This document shows, in pieces, positions 13,726 to 64,000 of a DNA stretch of 64,000 nucleotides. The stretch lies in NCBI RefSeq assembly GCF_006345805.1, contig NC_043021.1, positions 1,488,001-1,552,000 of the forward strand, in the 5' to 3' direction. Positions within the stretch are counted from its first letter, which is position 1, and the number at the start of each line of letters is the position of its first letter. The notes under the pieces are model-generated. The model did no database searches, had not been told where the DNA came from, and saw only the letters and a program-made list of their open reading frames with translations. The translations under genes were made by a program, and so were the position numbers. This DNA is from Octopus sinensis. Lineage: Eukaryota.

Positions 13726-13825
13726 NNNNNNNNNNNNNNNNNNNNNNNNNNNNNNNNNNNNNNNNNNNNNNNNNNNNNNNNNNNNNNNNNNNNNNNNNNN
13801 NNNNNNNNNNNNNNNNNNNNNNNNN
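13726..13825. other. Assembly gap (100 N)
   Basis: Run of exactly 100 N. Confidence 0.99.
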
Positions 13826-15598
13826 CCTACAGCCACTGGGCAAAGGAAAACTGCCTTGCCCTCCCCAGATGATATGATCCTTTCTGCTAAGGGCCCAAGG
13901 CCTGAAATTTTGAGGATGGGTGTTAGTTGATTATGTTGACCTCAGTACTTGACCGGTACTTATTTTATCAACCCCAAAATCATGAATGGCCAAGTTGACC
14001 TCGGCAATATAAGACCATGTTATTTAAAAATGTTACTTCCATGTTTAAACAGTGATGTGTTATTTGAGAGTGTTTTGGCTGTTCTCTCCAGCAGCTGGGA
14101 TGACCACAAAGAAGCTCTCTCATCAGATCGAATGCTGGTCCTTATTGGGGCTTTTAGATCCAGGACAACTCTAAGCAAGTAAATCTATGATAAAAGACAT
14201 GCCAATCGTGACCATCATGTATTTTGTTATATAACGAAAACGACTTCAATATTTCGTGTATCTCCTTTTCTTCAGATAGGCGCAAGCGTGGTTGGTTAAG
14301 AAATTCGTTCTGGAACCATGTAGTTTCAGGTTCAATCCCAGTGTGCGGCTTCTTGGACAAGTGTCTTTTATTATAACCCTGGGTCGATGAATGTCTCGTG
14401 AGTGGATTTGGGAGACGGATTTGGAAGCCTGTCGGGCATATATATGTATGCGTGTGTGTGCGCGCTTGGCACCCCCTACCGTTTGACAACCGGTGCTGGT
14501 TTGTTTAAATCTAACGGTTCGACAAAAGATACCGATGGAATATGTACCGGAGATAAAAACAAAAAAATTGATAAATAAGTACTGGGGGCGATTTCTTCGA
14601 CTTAAATCCATCTAATTGGTGGTGTAGCATGGCCGCAGTCCAATGACTGAAACAAGTAAAAGATAAAAGAGAAGGGTTTGATTTGTGAGGGGAAATTGGC
14701 TGCTATTTCTAGCAGGTCGAACAACCACGTAGCGACCCCTTCACTGAGGCTCGAAGGTCGGTGATTATTGCGAGGTGGTGACAAGGAGGGAAACCGAATC
14801 TTGTAGGAGGTGGGAGGCAGAGGAGGAAAATAAGTGGCCAGCAGTTTGCGGACGGTATGTGGGACAGAGACAGTATGAGAGTTAGAAAAAGGGCCAATTG
14901 AGAGAGTAATAGAATAGAAAGAACGGTGGATAGGGAGCAGAAGGGCACAGTGTGGTGTGAATCACCACGAGAGGTACAGGAATGTAGCCAAACACTTCAT
15001 TCATCTCTTTCTCTCTCTCCTATCTATCTATATATCCTATCTGATCTATCTATCTATCTATCTATCTATCTCATCTATCGGTTTGTTCTGTCTATCCTCT
15101 ATCTATCTCTCTATCTATCTTCTATCTATCTATCTATCTAGCTATCTATCTCTCTGTCTATCTATCTATCTATCTATCTGTCTGTCTATCTATTACATAT
15201 ATCTCTCTGTCTACATAGACATACGCGTATATGTATTTGTGTGTAAGTAGATGTGTGTGTGTGTGTGCGTATATATTTATATATATTGGTTAGCAGGTTC
15301 GTCTGTCTATATTTATCTATTTATCTATCTTCCTATCTTCATGTCTGTCTATTTACATCTTACACTCTTGTTTTTTTCTCTCTCTGTCTTTCCAATCCCT
15401 CGCATTTCCTTCTCTTCTAATTCTAATTAGAACTTTCCTTTCTCTCTCTCTCTCTCTCTCCCTCAACTTATGCTCACACACACACACAGGTACATACACA
15501 GACGTACATACACATACACACACCCTTACTCGTTACTCTCAGCCGTTCCTTTCTAAAAAAAAAAAAGCCTCACTTCTTTTTCTCTTCCCCTCCATCAT

Positions 15599-15627
15599 CC
15601 GCCGCCGCCGCCGCCACCGCCGCCGCC
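15599..15627 (+). promoter_or_regulatory. (CCG)n tract in the putative gnav promoter/5' UTR
   Basis: About 9 CCG/CCA units ~440 bp upstream of the ATG, followed by a pyrimidine-rich leader. Function inferred from position only. Confidence 0.35.
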
Positions 15628-16065
15628 ATTCACTTACAACAGGACGTCCCGACTGCATTCCTCCCTCTTCTCCCACGCTTCTCTCTCTCTCTTCTCCTTC
15701 TTTATTCCCCCCCTCCGTATTTCGTTCAGTTTTTCACCTCATCCCACTACATCTGCTGCTCACTCTCTCACAGCAGTCACTAAACTCCAGCTTTCCCTCC
15801 CCTTCCTCCCCCTCCAATTTAAACTGTTCTATCTGTTATAAGTTTTTATTTATTTACTTACTTACACACATAGTCCAGGTTCTCGTTTACTCTCTAACTT
15901 TTTTTTCTATCTTCCTTCCAGCGAACTAACAAACTTGTAACCCCATTCCTTTCTCTCTCTCTCTCGCTGTCTCACTCCCTACTCTCTCTCTCCCTTTCTC
16001 TATCGGAATTCCGTCAAGTCCGGAGCCTTTCTCATGTCCCCTGGTGCAAGGAAGTGGACTTCGCC

Positions 16066-63428
<47,363 letters not shown>

Positions 63429-64000
63429 ACCATGGAAATCAATTCACCTGTAACCGATGGTCACACACAGATGCCAAGAACTCATACTGCTATTACTACT
63501 ACTACTACTACTACTACTGCTGCTGCTGCTACTGCTGCTGCTGATGTTGCTGTTTTTGCAGGGGTGGGTGGTGAAGGGGAGGTTGTTTTTAGTTGTTGAA
63601 TTTTTACAAAAAAACAAACTTTTTTTTTTTTATTTTCAAGCCAGACAAATATGAGAAAATCTCGTGGGTTCTGCAGTTTAGAATACAAAACCCACCCCAA
63701 CCCTTGTTCGTGGTGCCATCTGATGTTGACTGAGTGAAAGTAAAGTTGCGGAGTTTATGTGTGAGAAAGCTGATCTTTAGATGTATATATATATATATAT
63801 ATATAATATATATATATAGTAAAACACATACACACTCACAAACATGCATGCCTGTATATATGTATAAACATAACTATATATATATATATATACACTCAAA
63901 CATATATATATAGTGTACAATACCGTGATGGTAAGATCAACTAAAAAATGTACTCCCTCTGGTGAGAGATAAATATCTTTGTCCGTTATGCCATGTAGGT

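Noticed and set aside
13721-13930. ORF containing a run of X
   Set aside because: Artefact of the 100-N gap.
16054-16065. Upstream in-frame GTG start used by the ORF track (MDFA-)
   Set aside because: The ATG at 16066 has a strong context and gives the MG myristoylation terminus.

Overview
Eukaryotic, repeat-dense animal DNA. The SINE/LINE/microsatellite landscape suggests a coleoid cephalopod, probably Octopus (inference). One real host gene is present: a complete 9-exon heterotrimeric G-protein alpha subunit of the Gv class (gnav) on the + strand, CDS 16066-63428, 1080 nt, 359 aa plus stop. All introns are GT-AG and all exon phases join. Intron 1 is 36.9 kb. The rest is transposon debris and simple repeats: Penelope-like elements (PLEs), Tc1 and mariner fossils, an internally deleted Gypsy element, RTE and CR1 LINE pieces, a Helitron, many tRNA-derived SINEs, and one 100-N gap. 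Most ORFs in the supplied track are microsatellite artefacts. The most interesting signals are: (1) hammerhead-ribozyme-like motifs, namely two sense-strand motifs with predicted cleavage sites 291 nt apart in gnav intron 1 (retrozyme-like), an antisense copy that folds back on the first, and an A6U-variant minimal motif shared by three PLE-family 3' ends; (2) an RTE-type LINE with a twin-priming 5' inversion and a 10-bp TSD; (3) a composite SINE-plus-flank insertion with a 12-bp TSD whose likely donor and an empty paralogous site are both in the window; (4) a 162-bp near-perfect palindrome; (5) a cryptic acceptor that would give Gv a poly-Thr tail. All structures were read by eye; no searches or folding programs were run.
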